64,000 nt of DNA from an uncultured Christensenella sp. (GTDB taxonomy: Bacteria; Bacillota; Clostridia; Christensenellales; DTU072), in assembly GCA_964418255.1 (NCBI GenBank), contig CAYQKV010000002.1, positions 108,421 to 172,420 of the forward strand. The letters run 5' to 3'. Positions within the stretch are counted from its first letter, which is position 1; each line of letters begins with the position of its first letter. Positions 1 through 9,562 of this stretch are shown one piece after another. Below the pieces are notes generated by a model. It was not told where the DNA came from. It was given only the letters and a program-made list of their open reading frames with translations, and ran no database searches. The position numbers and the translations under genes are program-made.

Positions 1-194
1 CCGTACCCGAGATGCTTGAAAAAGCGGACCATATAGTCGCGAAGATGAAGGAAGACGACCCGTCTCTGCTCGGCAAATCTCAGCGTCATTTCTATTCCTG
101 GCAGAAACTTCTCGTAGGCGCAATCAATCAGTCAAACGTCGCAAAGAACGACAATTCGGACGGAGACGCGTTCGGAGAAGATTTCGAGATATAA
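1..194 (+). CDS. C-terminal end of a gene that begins upstream of the window (hypothetical)
   Basis: The frame of ORF 12..194 stays open back to the window edge. It has an acidic tail and no motif I recognise. Confidence 0.3.
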   Translation, partial: VPEMLEKADHIVAKMKEDDPSLLGKSQRHFYSWQKLLVGAINQSNVAKNDNSDGDAFGEDFEI

Positions 195-221
195 AGGCGA
201 AAACGGTTGAGGGTGGTAAAA

Positions 222-1904
222 ATGAAAAGAAAATTTACGATTTTTGCGCTTGCGGTCGGTATTGCTATGTGCCTGCTCGCGTTTACGGGGTGTAGCGGCG
301 AATGTAAAGTTCACGAGTTTACCTCGGCGGAATGTATATGGAACGACGACGGAACCGCGCTTGTCGTGGCGACGTGCGGCGTATGCGGAGGGCAGATTAC
401 CGAACAGGCGGCGGTGAGCGAGACTGTGACCAAACAACCTACCTGCACGCAAAGCGGAACGCTTAAAAGAACGGCTACCGTCAGCATAGGCGGCAATACG
501 TTCAACACTTTCGAGTCGCCGGAGCAGCAGATTAAACCCGTGGGGCACGACTACGGCGCGACGAAATACACGTGGAGAGAACAAGGCGGCGTGCAATATT
601 GCAAAGCGAGTAAATCCTGCGCGCACTGCAACGATAAAATTGAAGAGGAAGTCGCATCAAGAAAGGTGACAACCGCGCCGACCTGTTATAGGGAAGGGGA
701 AAACGAATACACCGCTACCTTTACAAAGGGTTTCAAAACCGCTCAAAAGACGGAAAGCATAGCGAAAACCGCGCATAATTACGGCAACAATATCACGTAT
801 ACCTGGAAAAATCATAAATGTACCGCGACGGAATCCTGCCTTGTGTGCGGAGAAAAACGCACGGTAAGCGCGGCGTCGGTCGTGTACGAAGAAGTGCGCG
901 CGGCGACCTGCACCGAGGACGGAGTGGGAAGAAACGTAGCTACGTTTACCGATTCCAAATTCGCTACGCAGACCGAGACGGTGACTATCCCCAAACACCA
1001 CGACTACGGCGAGCCCGAATGTCGTTGGGACGCGGGACACACCGAGTGTACGGCAAAGAGTGTGTGCGTTAGGTGCGGAGACGAAGTATATAAAACCGCC
1101 AACGCGTCCGATATAAAGATAGCTATTACCAAAGCGGCGACCTGCACGGAAGACGGAGAACGCGTTTATTCGGCGACGTTCGAGTTTGACGGGAAAAGGT
1201 ATACGAGCAACGATAGAGAGGTTATTCCGTCCAAAGGCGGGCACGACTACGGCGAAATCGTCTATTTATGGAGCGCGGACTATCGCACTTGCACGGCGAA
1301 AAAAGTCTGTAAGGAGTGCGGAGACAAGATAAGCGAAGTGCAAAGCGCGACTTCGACTGTGACGAAAAACCCGACCTGCACGGAAGACGGAAATATGAAG
1401 TATACCGTAAGTTTCGTAAACGAGGAATTCGTAGGGCAGACCAAAGAGGTTATTATTCCGAGAAAAGGACACAGCCAAGGAAAAGTTGATTATCTGTGGA
1501 ACGACAATCATACGAGTTGTACGGTAAAAATTTACTGCTCGGCGTGCGACGAAGTCTACTACGAAGAGACGACGGACAATATCACGAACACGGTTATAAA
1601 AGAACCTACCTGCTCGGAAAAAGGCGAGAGGAGATACGTCGCCGTATTCTCGCGCTCGGACCTTAGAGACGTAGAATACGTGGAGGAAACCGCTACGCAT
1701 AAGTACGACAAACCGACGTACAGATATTTCTGGGAAGACGGCGTGCTTAAATGCGAAGCGTCGAAAACCTGCGTATTCGGCGAAACAGTAAGCGAAATAG
1801 CGACGGGTAAATTCGTCAGCGACAACGGCAAAGTGAAGTTCGTCGTAGAGTTCGAGGACGAGGACTTCGAAACGCAAACTTACGAAATAACTATAAGCGA
1901 ATAA
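222..1904 (+). CDS. Secreted lipoprotein built from seven ~75-aa Cys-rich tandem repeats (function unknown)
   Basis: ATG 222 is preceded by GAGGGTGG. Signal peptide with lipobox LLAFTG|C. Seven repeats share HxYG..W..C.A...CxxC....PTCTE.G...Y.A.F. Confidence 0.75.
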   Translation: MKRKFTIFALAVGIAMCLLAFTGCSGECKVHEFTSAECIWNDDGTALVVATCGVCGGQITEQAAVSETVTKQPTCTQSGTLKRTATVSIGGNTFNTFESPEQQIKPVGHDYGATKYTWREQGGVQYCKASKSCAHCNDKIEEEVASRKVTTAPTCYREGENEYTATFTKGFKTAQKTESIAKTAHNYGNNITYTWKNHKCTATESCLVCGEKRTVSAASVVYEEVRAATCTEDGVGRNVATFTDSKFATQTETVTIPKHHDYGEPECRWDAGHTECTAKSVCVRCGDEVYKTANASDIKIAITKAATCTEDGERVYSATFEFDGKRYTSNDREVIPSKGGHDYGEIVYLWSADYRTCTAKKVCKECGDKISEVQSATSTVTKNPTCTEDGNMKYTVSFVNEEFVGQTKEVIIPRKGHSQGKVDYLWNDNHTSCTVKIYCSACDEVYYEETTDNITNTVIKEPTCSEKGERRYVAVFSRSDLRDVEYVEETATHKYDKPTYRYFWEDGVLKCEASKTCVFGETVSEIATGKFVSDNGKVKFVVEFEDEDFETQTYEITISE

Positions 1905-1990
1905 GTATAAGGGAGAAAAGCGGGCGACGCGAATGCGGCGCCCGTAAACGGAATAAGACGAGTCGTTTTATAACAACAGTCCGAGTTCCG

Positions 1991-2027
1991 ACAAACAAGG
2001 CGTTGCCGTAAGGGACGCCTTGTTTGT
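1991..2027 (+). terminator. Hairpin downstream of the Cys-repeat lipoprotein gene
   Basis: 12-bp perfect stem ACAAACAAGGCG / CGCCTTGTTTGT with a 13-nt loop. The T-rich 3' arm is not a classic U-run. Confidence 0.45.
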
Positions 2028-2224
2028 ATATAATAAACGGAAAGAGAGAAAACGAAAATAAAACGGTAGGCAAAATCGAGACGAAAACGCCGCCGTCCGT
2101 CCGCGAAAATATACGAAAGGGAAACAAATGTCGAAACAAAGTAAAACCGAGTTTACGGCGGGATTTTCGAGGAATTCGCAGCAATGAAAGGACAAGGAAA
2201 GGACGCGGTTTGAATTATAATGAA

Positions 2225-2255
2225 AGAGACTGTTCGCGAATGCGGACAGTCTCTT
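2225..2255 (-). terminator. Hairpin downstream of dhaK
   Basis: 9-bp stem AGAGACTGT / ACAGTCTCT about 30 bp after the dhaK stop codon, followed on the minus strand by TTTCATT. Confidence 0.45.
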
Positions 2256-2282
2256 TACGTTGGTTATAAGTGAGAGTTGTTA

Positions 2283-4112
2283 TTAAAAGTTTTTGATATA
2301 AGCGGCGAGTTCGTTGAAGATAACGTCTAAGCCGTGCGCGCCTGCGTCGGGATAACCGATACTGCGTTCGCCGACCGTTCCCGCTCTTCCGAGGGTAGCG
2401 ACGTGAGATTTGGTAGCCTCCGCGCCTTCGTGAGCCGCTTTCGCGCCGAGGTCTAAGCCTTCTTGCAGTTTCTTGCCGTCTTTCGCCGCTTTGGTAAGAG
2501 CGATAGCGCAGGGTTTCAACGCGTCTACGAGGGTCTTGTCTCCGATGTCCGCGCCTTTGCCGAAGCTCTTTTTACCGGTTTCGTAAACGCCTCTGTTGGC
2601 TTCGGTGAAGAGGAACGCAACGTCGGTGAGGTTTACTTCTTTCTTGCCGAGCATCGCTTTTCCTGCGTATTTGAACGCGGAACCCCAGATAGGACCGGAC
2701 GCGCCGCCGCAGTATTCTTTGATGATTTCCGAGCAGCTTACGAGGAACTGACCGATGTCGCCTTTCTTTCTCGTCGCCCAGTCCGCTTTGAGCTGTCTGA
2801 AACCTTTCGCAATGCTCATTCCGAAGTCTCCGTCGCCCATTTTGTCGGCTTCGCAGAAGGGAACTTCGTTTTCGATGATTACGTCCGCCATTTTTTCCAC
2901 GATTTTAACGAAAGCCGCGGTGTTAATGGTTTCTCCGATAGCGGGGGTGCCTTCCACTTCGTAAACGGCGTTGGCGTCGTCTTCTTCGGCAGCCGCTTTT
3001 TTGGCTTTCTTAGCCGCGGGAGCAACCGCGCCGGGAGTGATGTTGAGGGCTTTCGCGATAGCGTTCATAGCTTCTACCGCCGCTTCAGCCTGCGCGCCCA
3101 TAGCCGCGCCCCAAGTGAGTGCGGGAGTGCTTACCGGATAATCTACGAGCTTTTTGAGTTCGTCGTCTACTCTTAATACGGTAACCGACGCGCCCGCCAT
3201 ATCGATGGACGTCATATAGTTGCCGACCATAGTGCGGTGAATTTTAATTCCGTCCGCTTCGAGAGCTTTGGTTACGGAGTTGTTGAGGATATAGAGTTCC
3301 TGCAACGGGCTTCCGCCGAAACCGTTGATGAGAAGAACTACTTCTTCGCCGGATTTAAGTTTGAGGTCTTCTTCGAGGTCTTTAACTATTCTCACCGAGA
3401 GGTCGTCGCAGAACGTGCCTTTCGAATAGTCGATTTTTTCACGGAAACGTCCGGGTTCGCCGTGGATGCCTACGCCGAATTCCATTTCGTCGTCGCCGAT
3501 TTCAAACGTCGGATGTCCCGCCGCCGGAACGGTGCAGGAGGTGAACGCGAAACCGAAACTTCTTACGTTTTCGATAACTTTGTTGGCTACGGCTTTGACT
3601 TCTTCGAGTTCTTTGCCTTGTTCCGCCGCCGCGCCCGCGCATTTATGAACGAGTACGGTTCCCGCAACGCCTCTGCGACCTACGGTGTAAAGGCTGTCTT
3701 TAACGGCGATATCGTCGTTTACGTAAACCGCGTCTACTTTGATTCCGTCTTCCTGAGCGTCCGCCATAGCGTTGTTGAAGTTCATACAGTCGCCCGAGTA
3801 GTTCTTTATAATGAGGAGAACGCCCTTGTCGGTAGCGCATTTTTTAATCGCGTTGTAGACCTGTACCTGGCTGGGAGAAGCGAAAACGTCTCCGCAAACC
3901 GCGCAGTCGAGCATTCCTTTGCCTACGAAACCCGCGTGAGCAGGTTCGTGTCCCGAACCGCCGCCGGATATAAGGCTGACTTTGTCGTCGTTTATTTCAA
4001 CTTTCTTAACGATTTTGAACTTTTCTACGAATTCGAGGTCGGGATGAGCTTTCGCCAGTCCGTGACACATATCGTATACGAAAGTTTCGGGGGTGTTCAT
4101 TATTTTTTTCAT
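2283..4112 (-). CDS. dhaK: Dihydroxyacetone kinase, fused DhaK (Dak1) and DhaL (Dak2) domains
   Basis: GGGSGHEPAH motif in the N-terminal half. The C-terminal Dak2-like half is joined by an Ala/Lys-rich linker. 609 aa, immediately downstream of gldA. Confidence 0.9.
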   Translation of the reverse strand: MKKIMNTPETFVYDMCHGLAKAHPDLEFVEKFKIVKKVEINDDKVSLISGGGSGHEPAHAGFVGKGMLDCAVCGDVFASPSQVQVYNAIKKCATDKGVLLIIKNYSGDCMNFNNAMADAQEDGIKVDAVYVNDDIAVKDSLYTVGRRGVAGTVLVHKCAGAAAEQGKELEEVKAVANKVIENVRSFGFAFTSCTVPAAGHPTFEIGDDEMEFGVGIHGEPGRFREKIDYSKGTFCDDLSVRIVKDLEEDLKLKSGEEVVLLINGFGGSPLQELYILNNSVTKALEADGIKIHRTMVGNYMTSIDMAGASVTVLRVDDELKKLVDYPVSTPALTWGAAMGAQAEAAVEAMNAIAKALNITPGAVAPAAKKAKKAAAEEDDANAVYEVEGTPAIGETINTAAFVKIVEKMADVIIENEVPFCEADKMGDGDFGMSIAKGFRQLKADWATRKKGDIGQFLVSCSEIIKEYCGGASGPIWGSAFKYAGKAMLGKKEVNLTDVAFLFTEANRGVYETGKKSFGKGADIGDKTLVDALKPCAIALTKAAKDGKKLQEGLDLGAKAAHEGAEATKSHVATLGRAGTVGERSIGYPDAGAHGLDVIFNELAAYIKNF

Positions 4113-4139
4113 TTCAGAAATCTCCTTTAATTCGAAAAT

Positions 4140-4173
4140 GACGTTACGACCGAGAAATCTCGGGCGTAACGTC
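4140..4173 (-). promoter_or_regulatory. Strong intercistronic hairpin between gldA and dhaK
   Basis: GACGTTACG-A-CCGAG-AAAT-CTCGG-G-CGTAACGTC forms 14 paired positions. It is followed on the minus strand by ATTTTC, then the RBS AAGGAG of dhaK. Confidence 0.4.
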
Positions 4174-4192
4174 GAAATCGTGTTTTAATGGC

Positions 4193-5332
4193 TTATTCGC
4201 CGTATTTGTAGTCGTAACCGATTTTGTCTGCGGTCTTGATAGCCGCGGCAACCATATCGACCGTCACGGGGAAGGGCATATTGTGAATGGATTCGTCGGG
4301 GATGCAGGTCTTTTCCGCGATAGCTTTGAGCATTTCGTCGTCGATGGAATCGGTGCCGATGTCCTTCAAGCATACGGGAAGTCCTACCGTCAGGCAGAAA
4401 GCGAGAACTTCGTAGAGCTCTTCTTCGGGAGCGTTTTCGAGGACGAGCTGGCAGATTGTTCCGAACGCAACCATTTCGCCGTGGAAGTATTTGGTGTGCG
4501 AGGGAAGCAACGTAAGTCCGTCGTGGATAGCGTGAGCAGCCGCAAGACCGCCGCTTTCGAAACCGAGACCGGAAAGAAGAATGTTGGTTTCGATGATTTT
4601 TTCAAGAGCGGGAGTAACGACTTTGTTTTCGCAAGCCGCAACCGCTTTCGCACCGTCGGAAAGAAGTGTCTGATAGCAAAGGGTTGCGAGAGCCATAGAC
4701 GCCATCGTGCCGTATCCGAGAAGAGTTCCCTTAGCGCGGTTAGCTCCGCAGGGAAGTCCCGCGTTTACGTTGCTGAAAGACCTTTCGTTCGCGCGAGCTT
4801 CGAAATAGGTGCTCAGAGCGTCGCCCATACCGCTGATAAGGAAACGGGCGGGAGCGTTGGCGATAACTTTGGTATCGATAAGAACTACGCTGGGGTTCTG
4901 ACGGAAATACGCGTAGTCGTCGAAGTGATGGTCGTCGGTATAGAGAACCGCGCTGTGCGAAGTGGGAGCGTCGGTAGCCGCAATCGTCGGGCAGATGATA
5001 AGGTTGCTGCCTTGCGCTACGCATTTAGCAGTGTCGATGGCTTTTCCGCCGCCGAGACCGATGGTGCAGGCGCATTTGTTTTCTTTCGCAAAATCCTGCA
5101 ATGCTTTTACTACGTTACGGGAACATTCGCCTTTGAAAATGTCTCCGCAGGGGTAAAATTCAACGCCGTATTTCGCAGCCGTTGCGTCAAGTTTGTCTTT
5201 AACGAGGTTGTATGCGAACGGGTCGGCTATAAGCAACGCCTTTTTCCCGAAAGTTTTCACAAAATAACCTAAGTTAAGTAATTCGTCCTCGCCTTGAACG
5301 TACTTAGACGGACAGATAAACGCTTTTCTCAT
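4193..5332 (-). CDS. gldA: Glycerol dehydrogenase (Fe-dependent ADH family)
   Basis: N-terminus MRKAFICPSKYVQGEDEL and the GLGGGKAIDTAK loop are typical of GldA. 379 aa, in an operon with dhaK. Confidence 0.9.
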   Translation of the reverse strand: MRKAFICPSKYVQGEDELLNLGYFVKTFGKKALLIADPFAYNLVKDKLDATAAKYGVEFYPCGDIFKGECSRNVVKALQDFAKENKCACTIGLGGGKAIDTAKCVAQGSNLIICPTIAATDAPTSHSAVLYTDDHHFDDYAYFRQNPSVVLIDTKVIANAPARFLISGMGDALSTYFEARANERSFSNVNAGLPCGANRAKGTLLGYGTMASMALATLCYQTLLSDGAKAVAACENKVVTPALEKIIETNILLSGLGFESGGLAAAHAIHDGLTLLPSHTKYFHGEMVAFGTICQLVLENAPEEELYEVLAFCLTVGLPVCLKDIGTDSIDDEMLKAIAEKTCIPDESIHNMPFPVTVDMVAAAIKTADKIGYDYKYGE

Positions 5333-5486
5333 AAATCAAATCTCCTTTTTTGATAAATTTTTTCTTTTTTGTCGGCATAACGCCGTTAAAAATATTATAT
5401 CTTATACGGTTAGAACATTTCATTAGACAATCTTATTTTATTATGGTATAATTTTGACATTACGCGGAATTCTTTAAGGAAGGTTT

Positions 5487-5975
5487 ATGGAAAAAATTTT
5501 TTTGAGCAGCCCTAAAGAGGTGTTGGCGGCGATAGAAAAGGAAAAAAAACTGGCGATTTTCGAGGTTGACGACGACGGAAAACCGATTTTTCCCATAAGT
5601 GAAATAAATGTAAAAAAAATCGGGATTTTGCCTAAAAATCGCGAAATCATAAAACCCGCGGTAAAATACGTGCACGAACACTTTAATAAGGAAATAAGGC
5701 TGGATATGCTCGCTGGGCTGTGCGACGTGTCGAAGAGTTATTTTTGCAGACTGTTCAAGGAAGCGTACGGCATAGGCGTGGCGGCGTACGTAATTAAACT
5801 GCGTATGGACGAGGCGTGCCGCCTGCTGGAAAAAACCGACAGTTCGGTCGTCGCGATAGCGTTCGAGGTCGGATACGTCGATTGCGGATATTTCAATAAA
5901 CTTTTCAAAAAAAACGTAGGGTGCACCCCGCTCGAATACAGACGGCAGCCGAGGTTTGTCTTTATCGACGCGTAA
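5487..5975 (+). CDS. AraC/XylS-family transcriptional regulator (short form)
   Basis: C-terminal double HTH (SYFCRLFKEAYG..., GYVDCGYFNKLFKKNVGCTPLEYRR). Divergently arranged to gldA-dhaK. Confidence 0.8.
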   Translation: MEKIFLSSPKEVLAAIEKEKKLAIFEVDDDGKPIFPISEINVKKIGILPKNREIIKPAVKYVHEHFNKEIRLDMLAGLCDVSKSYFCRLFKEAYGIGVAAYVIKLRMDEACRLLEKTDSSVVAIAFEVGYVDCGYFNKLFKKNVGCTPLEYRRQPRFVFIDA

Positions 5976-6154
5976 TTTTCGGAAAAAACACGGAGTGGAG
6001 AGATTGCGTTGATTTTTTTCGTAAGTGAACCGTCGCTGTACCGACGTACAGAAATATCACCCCCAAAAGCATATATCTTTTCGGGGACCCCGACTAAACT
6101 TACGGAAAAGTGGAAAAAACTCAGATTTTGTCCGCTTTTTACTGCTTAAATACT

Positions 6155-6344
6155 CAAAAAGTAAAAATCGCACTTTTTACTTTTTGCCCTTATGGGGTTC
6201 GAGCAAGGGGAAACCCCTTGCGAACTTACATAACAAGCGGAACGGTACGCTCCGCTTCCTTGTAAGTCCGACTTGCGTGGATAAAGATTTTATCGGCACA
6301 AAGATTAGCGACTTGCCGTAAAATCCCGCGCAACGTCTGGTCGG
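6155..6344 (+). repeat. Structured repeat family, subfamily 2 (A/T-hairpin head), copy 1
   Basis: CAAAAAGT...GCCCTTATGGGG..CAAGGGGAAACCCCTTG..GTCCGACTTGCGTGGA...TCCCGCGCAACGTCTGGTCGG. Homologous to 17330-17524 (complement), 48281-48473 and 57235-57425. Confidence 0.9.
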
Positions 6345-6614
6345 AAAATTTCCGGGCGTAAAGCAACGCGATATATACACTCGTAAAAAGCATATTGACA
6401 AGTAATATTTTATCGCTTACCATAAAATAAATAGGGGTTTAATAATTGATTTCGCACAAAACGGAATCGAAGAAGACGGCTTATTGACAATTTTTGAGAG
6501 GAAAAAATTTTTTTTTACAAATTTCGTGGACAAAACGGCTTGTCGGATTGTTATAGTTTATAGGTGAAAAAAACCGACACTATAAACGCTATAAGAGGAG
6601 GCGTCGGAGCGGAG

Positions 6615-7202
6615 ATGTTTATATCAAAACGGCACAAGAAGAATATTTTACCTTTGCTTATAACGGTACTGCTCGCGATAACTTTTATGTTGTCTTTTGT
6701 CGGGTGCCGGAAACAATATGATAATAAATACAATAACAAATACAATGCGGCTATACTGTACTCCGAATATAAATTCCGAGAAGGATTTCTTCAAGAAAAC
6801 GTTACTCGCGGAAGTTACGGTCATTACTGGGATGAAAACAGAAAAGGGTGCCAAAGCGAAACGGACGATTATAGTTCGAAAGAGGTCGACGACGGTTTGC
6901 CGAAGACAATACTTCGCGTTATAAATACCGAGGAAGAAGCGGACGCCGTTTTTTTCGAGCTGCCCGAAGACGTGGATTTTGAAAAACATACCGTGTGCGT
7001 TTACGTATTTACCACTACGTGTTATCGTCAATGCCTGGTGAAAATGTCGGGTTTGCAAAATGGCATTTTAAGCATTTACTTTGATTTCGAAAAAGATAAA
7101 CATCCGAATGCAGACAGTGCGACTATGCCGAGTTCCAAACATTTAGTCATCAAAGTCGACAAGGTAAACGCAGACAAGATAGAAATTGTTAAAATGAGTT
7201 AA
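6615..7202 (+). CDS. Hypothetical lipoprotein
   Basis: ATG 6615 lies after GGAGCGGAG. Signal peptide ends in lipobox LSFVG|C. No recognisable domain. The upstream in-frame start at 6564 is less likely. Confidence 0.6.
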   Translation: MFISKRHKKNILPLLITVLLAITFMLSFVGCRKQYDNKYNNKYNAAILYSEYKFREGFLQENVTRGSYGHYWDENRKGCQSETDDYSSKEVDDGLPKTILRVINTEEEADAVFFELPEDVDFEKHTVCVYVFTTTCYRQCLVKMSGLQNGILSIYFDFEKDKHPNADSATMPSSKHLVIKVDKVNADKIEIVKMS

Positions 7203-7342
7203 TTGTATCGTTTTATCACAGATATAACAACGAAGTATATTTAGCGCAATAATACAACTAAAATGAGAAAAGTTTAAGGGGACATTACGAATTAAAATTG
7301 TGTAAATATAAGGTTGTAAACGGACGTTTGGCAGGGTACACG

Positions 7343-7371
7343 AAAAGCGCGGCAGATTTTGCCGCGCTTTT
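7343..7371. terminator. Bidirectional terminator between convergent genes
   Basis: AAAAGCGCGGC-AGATTTT-GCCGCGCTTTT, with an A-run and a T-run on either side. Confidence 0.7.
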
Positions 7372-7407
7372 TCGAGTTGTTTTAACGTAAAGCCATATTT
7401 ATGGAAA

Positions 7408-8385
7408 TTACATAAGTTTTTTGCGTTTGAGTATCCAGGCTATTACCACGGCGAGTATCATAGAAACGCCGGTTACTACGCCGAACGCCCAGGGAGCGTT
7501 TTTCGCGCCGGGAATTCCGTCGAGGTTCATACCGAACAGGCTTGCGATTAACGTAGGCACGGAAATGATGAGCGTGATTGAAGTAAGCACTTTCATTACT
7601 ATATTGAGGTTGTTGCTGATTACCGAGGCGTACGCGTCCATAGTCCCGCTTAAAATGTCGCGGTAAATGTTACACATTTCTATTGCCTGGCTGTTTTCTA
7701 TCGCTACGTCTTCGATTAAGTCCTGGTCTTCTTCGTGTTTTTTGATGAGGCTCGTGCGCGTAAGTTTATCGATTATCGCCGAGTTCGCTCGCAGAGAAGT
7801 GGAAAAATATACGAGGGAGTTTTCGATATCGAGCAATTCGATAAGTTCTTTATTCTTCATCGACTTGTGCAATTCGGTTTGGATTCTCTGGCTGCTTTTG
7901 TCGATTCTTCTGAGATAAAAAAGGTATTTGGTCGCTATCTGGAAAAGCAGTTGAAAGGTCGTGCGGCTGTGCATTTGGAGTTTTACGCCTTTTACCTTGC
8001 TCATTCCCTGTCCGAATTCCTGTAAAATAGGCGAATCTTCGAGGCAAACCGTTACGAAGAAGTTATCGCGCATAATTATGCCGAGAGGGATTGTCGAATA
8101 GGTGCAGTACGATTTTTTTTCGTCCATAATCACCGTGGGAATGTCGACGACGATAAGAAGGCAGTCGTCTTCTTTTTCTATACGGGAACGTTCCTCTTCG
8201 TCCAACGCCGCTTTGAGAAAATCGGGGAAAATTCCCGTTTTACTTGCGATAAAATCGATTTCACGTTCGTCCGGGTTTATAAGTTGAACCCATTTGTTGG
8301 AAAAATCGGAACTCTCGTTAATGAGTTCCTTAGGAACTTTCGTTACTCTGCCGGAATTAGTATCCGTGTAACAAACGCTAATCAT
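7408..8385 (-). CDS. corA: CorA-family magnesium/cobalt transporter
   Basis: GMN signature (LFGMNLDG) between two C-terminal TM helices. 325 aa. Confidence 0.9.
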   Translation of the reverse strand: MISVCYTDTNSGRVTKVPKELINESSDFSNKWVQLINPDEREIDFIASKTGIFPDFLKAALDEEERSRIEKEDDCLLIVVDIPTVIMDEKKSYCTYSTIPLGIIMRDNFFVTVCLEDSPILQEFGQGMSKVKGVKLQMHSRTTFQLLFQIATKYLFYLRRIDKSSQRIQTELHKSMKNKELIELLDIENSLVYFSTSLRANSAIIDKLTRTSLIKKHEEDQDLIEDVAIENSQAIEMCNIYRDILSGTMDAYASVISNNLNIVMKVLTSITLIISVPTLIASLFGMNLDGIPGAKNAPWAFGVVTGVSMILAVVIAWILKRKKLM

Positions 8386-8582
8386 AAAAAAACCTCCTAA
8401 TGGCAGTACGCATAAACCCGACGTGCCGTCAGAAGGACTACATCGGGCGTATCAACCTAAACAATATCGACTGTAAGGGTCAGGGTCCATTACGCTACCT
8501 CCGAAAATAATAAAACAATTATATCACCGCAAACCCGCGTTTGCAAGCCTTTGCCCAAAAAAAATTTCCGTCGAAAAAATCG

Positions 8583-9422
8583 CTATACGGACGGGTCGTC
8601 GCGGTAGAGTTCGTTAAAAGATTTTTTAATCCCGTTATGCTTGTATCCGAGAATTTTATCGATAATTACGTTGTTTGCCGCGGTGAAAATGTTCTTTTCC
8701 GCGACGGGGTTATATTCGGTGAGAACTTTTATCAGTTCCTTCGTCTTTTTGCGCTGAGAGACGGTTTCCGGGTTGCTTTGAGCGTCCTTTTCGGTGAAAC
8801 GGCACGCGCATTGCAGGAATTTTAGTCCGTGATACTCCGACCACGCGATTATGTCTTTTTCTCTTATAAGGTACATCGGGCGTATGAGTTCCATACCTTC
8901 GAAATTTTGACTTCTCAGTTTCGGAAGCATAGTCTGGAACGCGCCCGCGTTGAGCATACTCAAAAGCGTGGTTGCGATAACATCGTCGAAATGGTGCCCG
9001 AGAGCTATTTTATTGCAACCCAAATCGCGCGCAATAGAGTACAACGCGCCTCGGCGCATTTTCGCGCAGAGGTAGCAGGCGATTTTGCCTTGCGAAGCGG
9101 TTACTTCGAAAATGTTGCTGTCTTTTATTTCGGCGGGAATGCCGAGAAGGGTTATATTACTTTTGATTAGTTCGAGATTTTCCTCGTTGTAACCGGGGTT
9201 CATAACAAGATAGGTTACGTCGAAAGGAATATTCGAATGGCGGTGAAGTTCCTGAAAAAGTTTGGCGAGAAGCATCGAGTCTTTTCCGCCCGAAATGCAA
9301 ACGCAGATACGGTCGTTTTCTTCGACGAGTTCGTATTCCTTTACCGCTTTGGTGAACTTCGACCAAAGACGGGAACGGAAGTTGGTGATTATGCTTTTTT
9401 CGATGTTTTGTACGTCCGACAT
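8583..9422 (-). CDS. ttcA: TtcA-like tRNA 2-thiocytidine biosynthesis PP-loop ATPase
   Basis: PP-loop SGGKDS (CVCISGGKDSM) and CxxC (CYLCAKMRRG). Start taken at MSDVQN (AAGGA RBS) rather than the upstream ATG at 9473. Confidence 0.75.
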   Translation of the reverse strand: MSDVQNIEKSIITNFRSRLWSKFTKAVKEYELVEENDRICVCISGGKDSMLLAKLFQELHRHSNIPFDVTYLVMNPGYNEENLELIKSNITLLGIPAEIKDSNIFEVTASQGKIACYLCAKMRRGALYSIARDLGCNKIALGHHFDDVIATTLLSMLNAGAFQTMLPKLRSQNFEGMELIRPMYLIREKDIIAWSEYHGLKFLQCACRFTEKDAQSNPETVSQRKKTKELIKVLTEYNPVAEKNIFTAANNVIIDKILGYKHNGIKKSFNELYRDDPSV

Positions 9423-9562
9423 ATTTTCCTTACGGCGGAAATTGTACCAAAAAATATTTCCCGTGTCAAACAAGGTAAACGGTCGAACACTTTGTACTTG
9501 CCTGTCTGCGCTTTTGCGTGTATAATAAGATTAAAACACATAAAAACTTACGGAGTGGAACA

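Noticed and set aside
132-1877. Minus-strand ORFs (164, 195 and 203 aa) opposite the Cys-repeat lipoprotein gene
   Set aside because: The plus-strand frame has a signal peptide, a lipobox and a seven-fold protein repeat. The antisense frames have no features.
2463-5272. Plus-strand ORFs (237, 297 and 329 aa) across dhaK and gldA
   Set aside because: Antisense shadows of two well-recognised enzymes.
6025-6423. Small ORFs (98, 74 and 65 aa) overlapping repeat copy 1; similarly 48255..48437 and 57264..57494
   Set aside because: They lie within copies of the structured repeat and are not conserved as reading frames between copies.
8386-8520. Mg2+ (M-box) riboswitch upstream of corA
   Set aside because: The leader is only about 120 nt. 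Apart from a GTTTAGGTTGA stretch, it lacks the conserved M-box blocks I can recall, and there is no room for the ~160-nt aptamer. Left uncalled.
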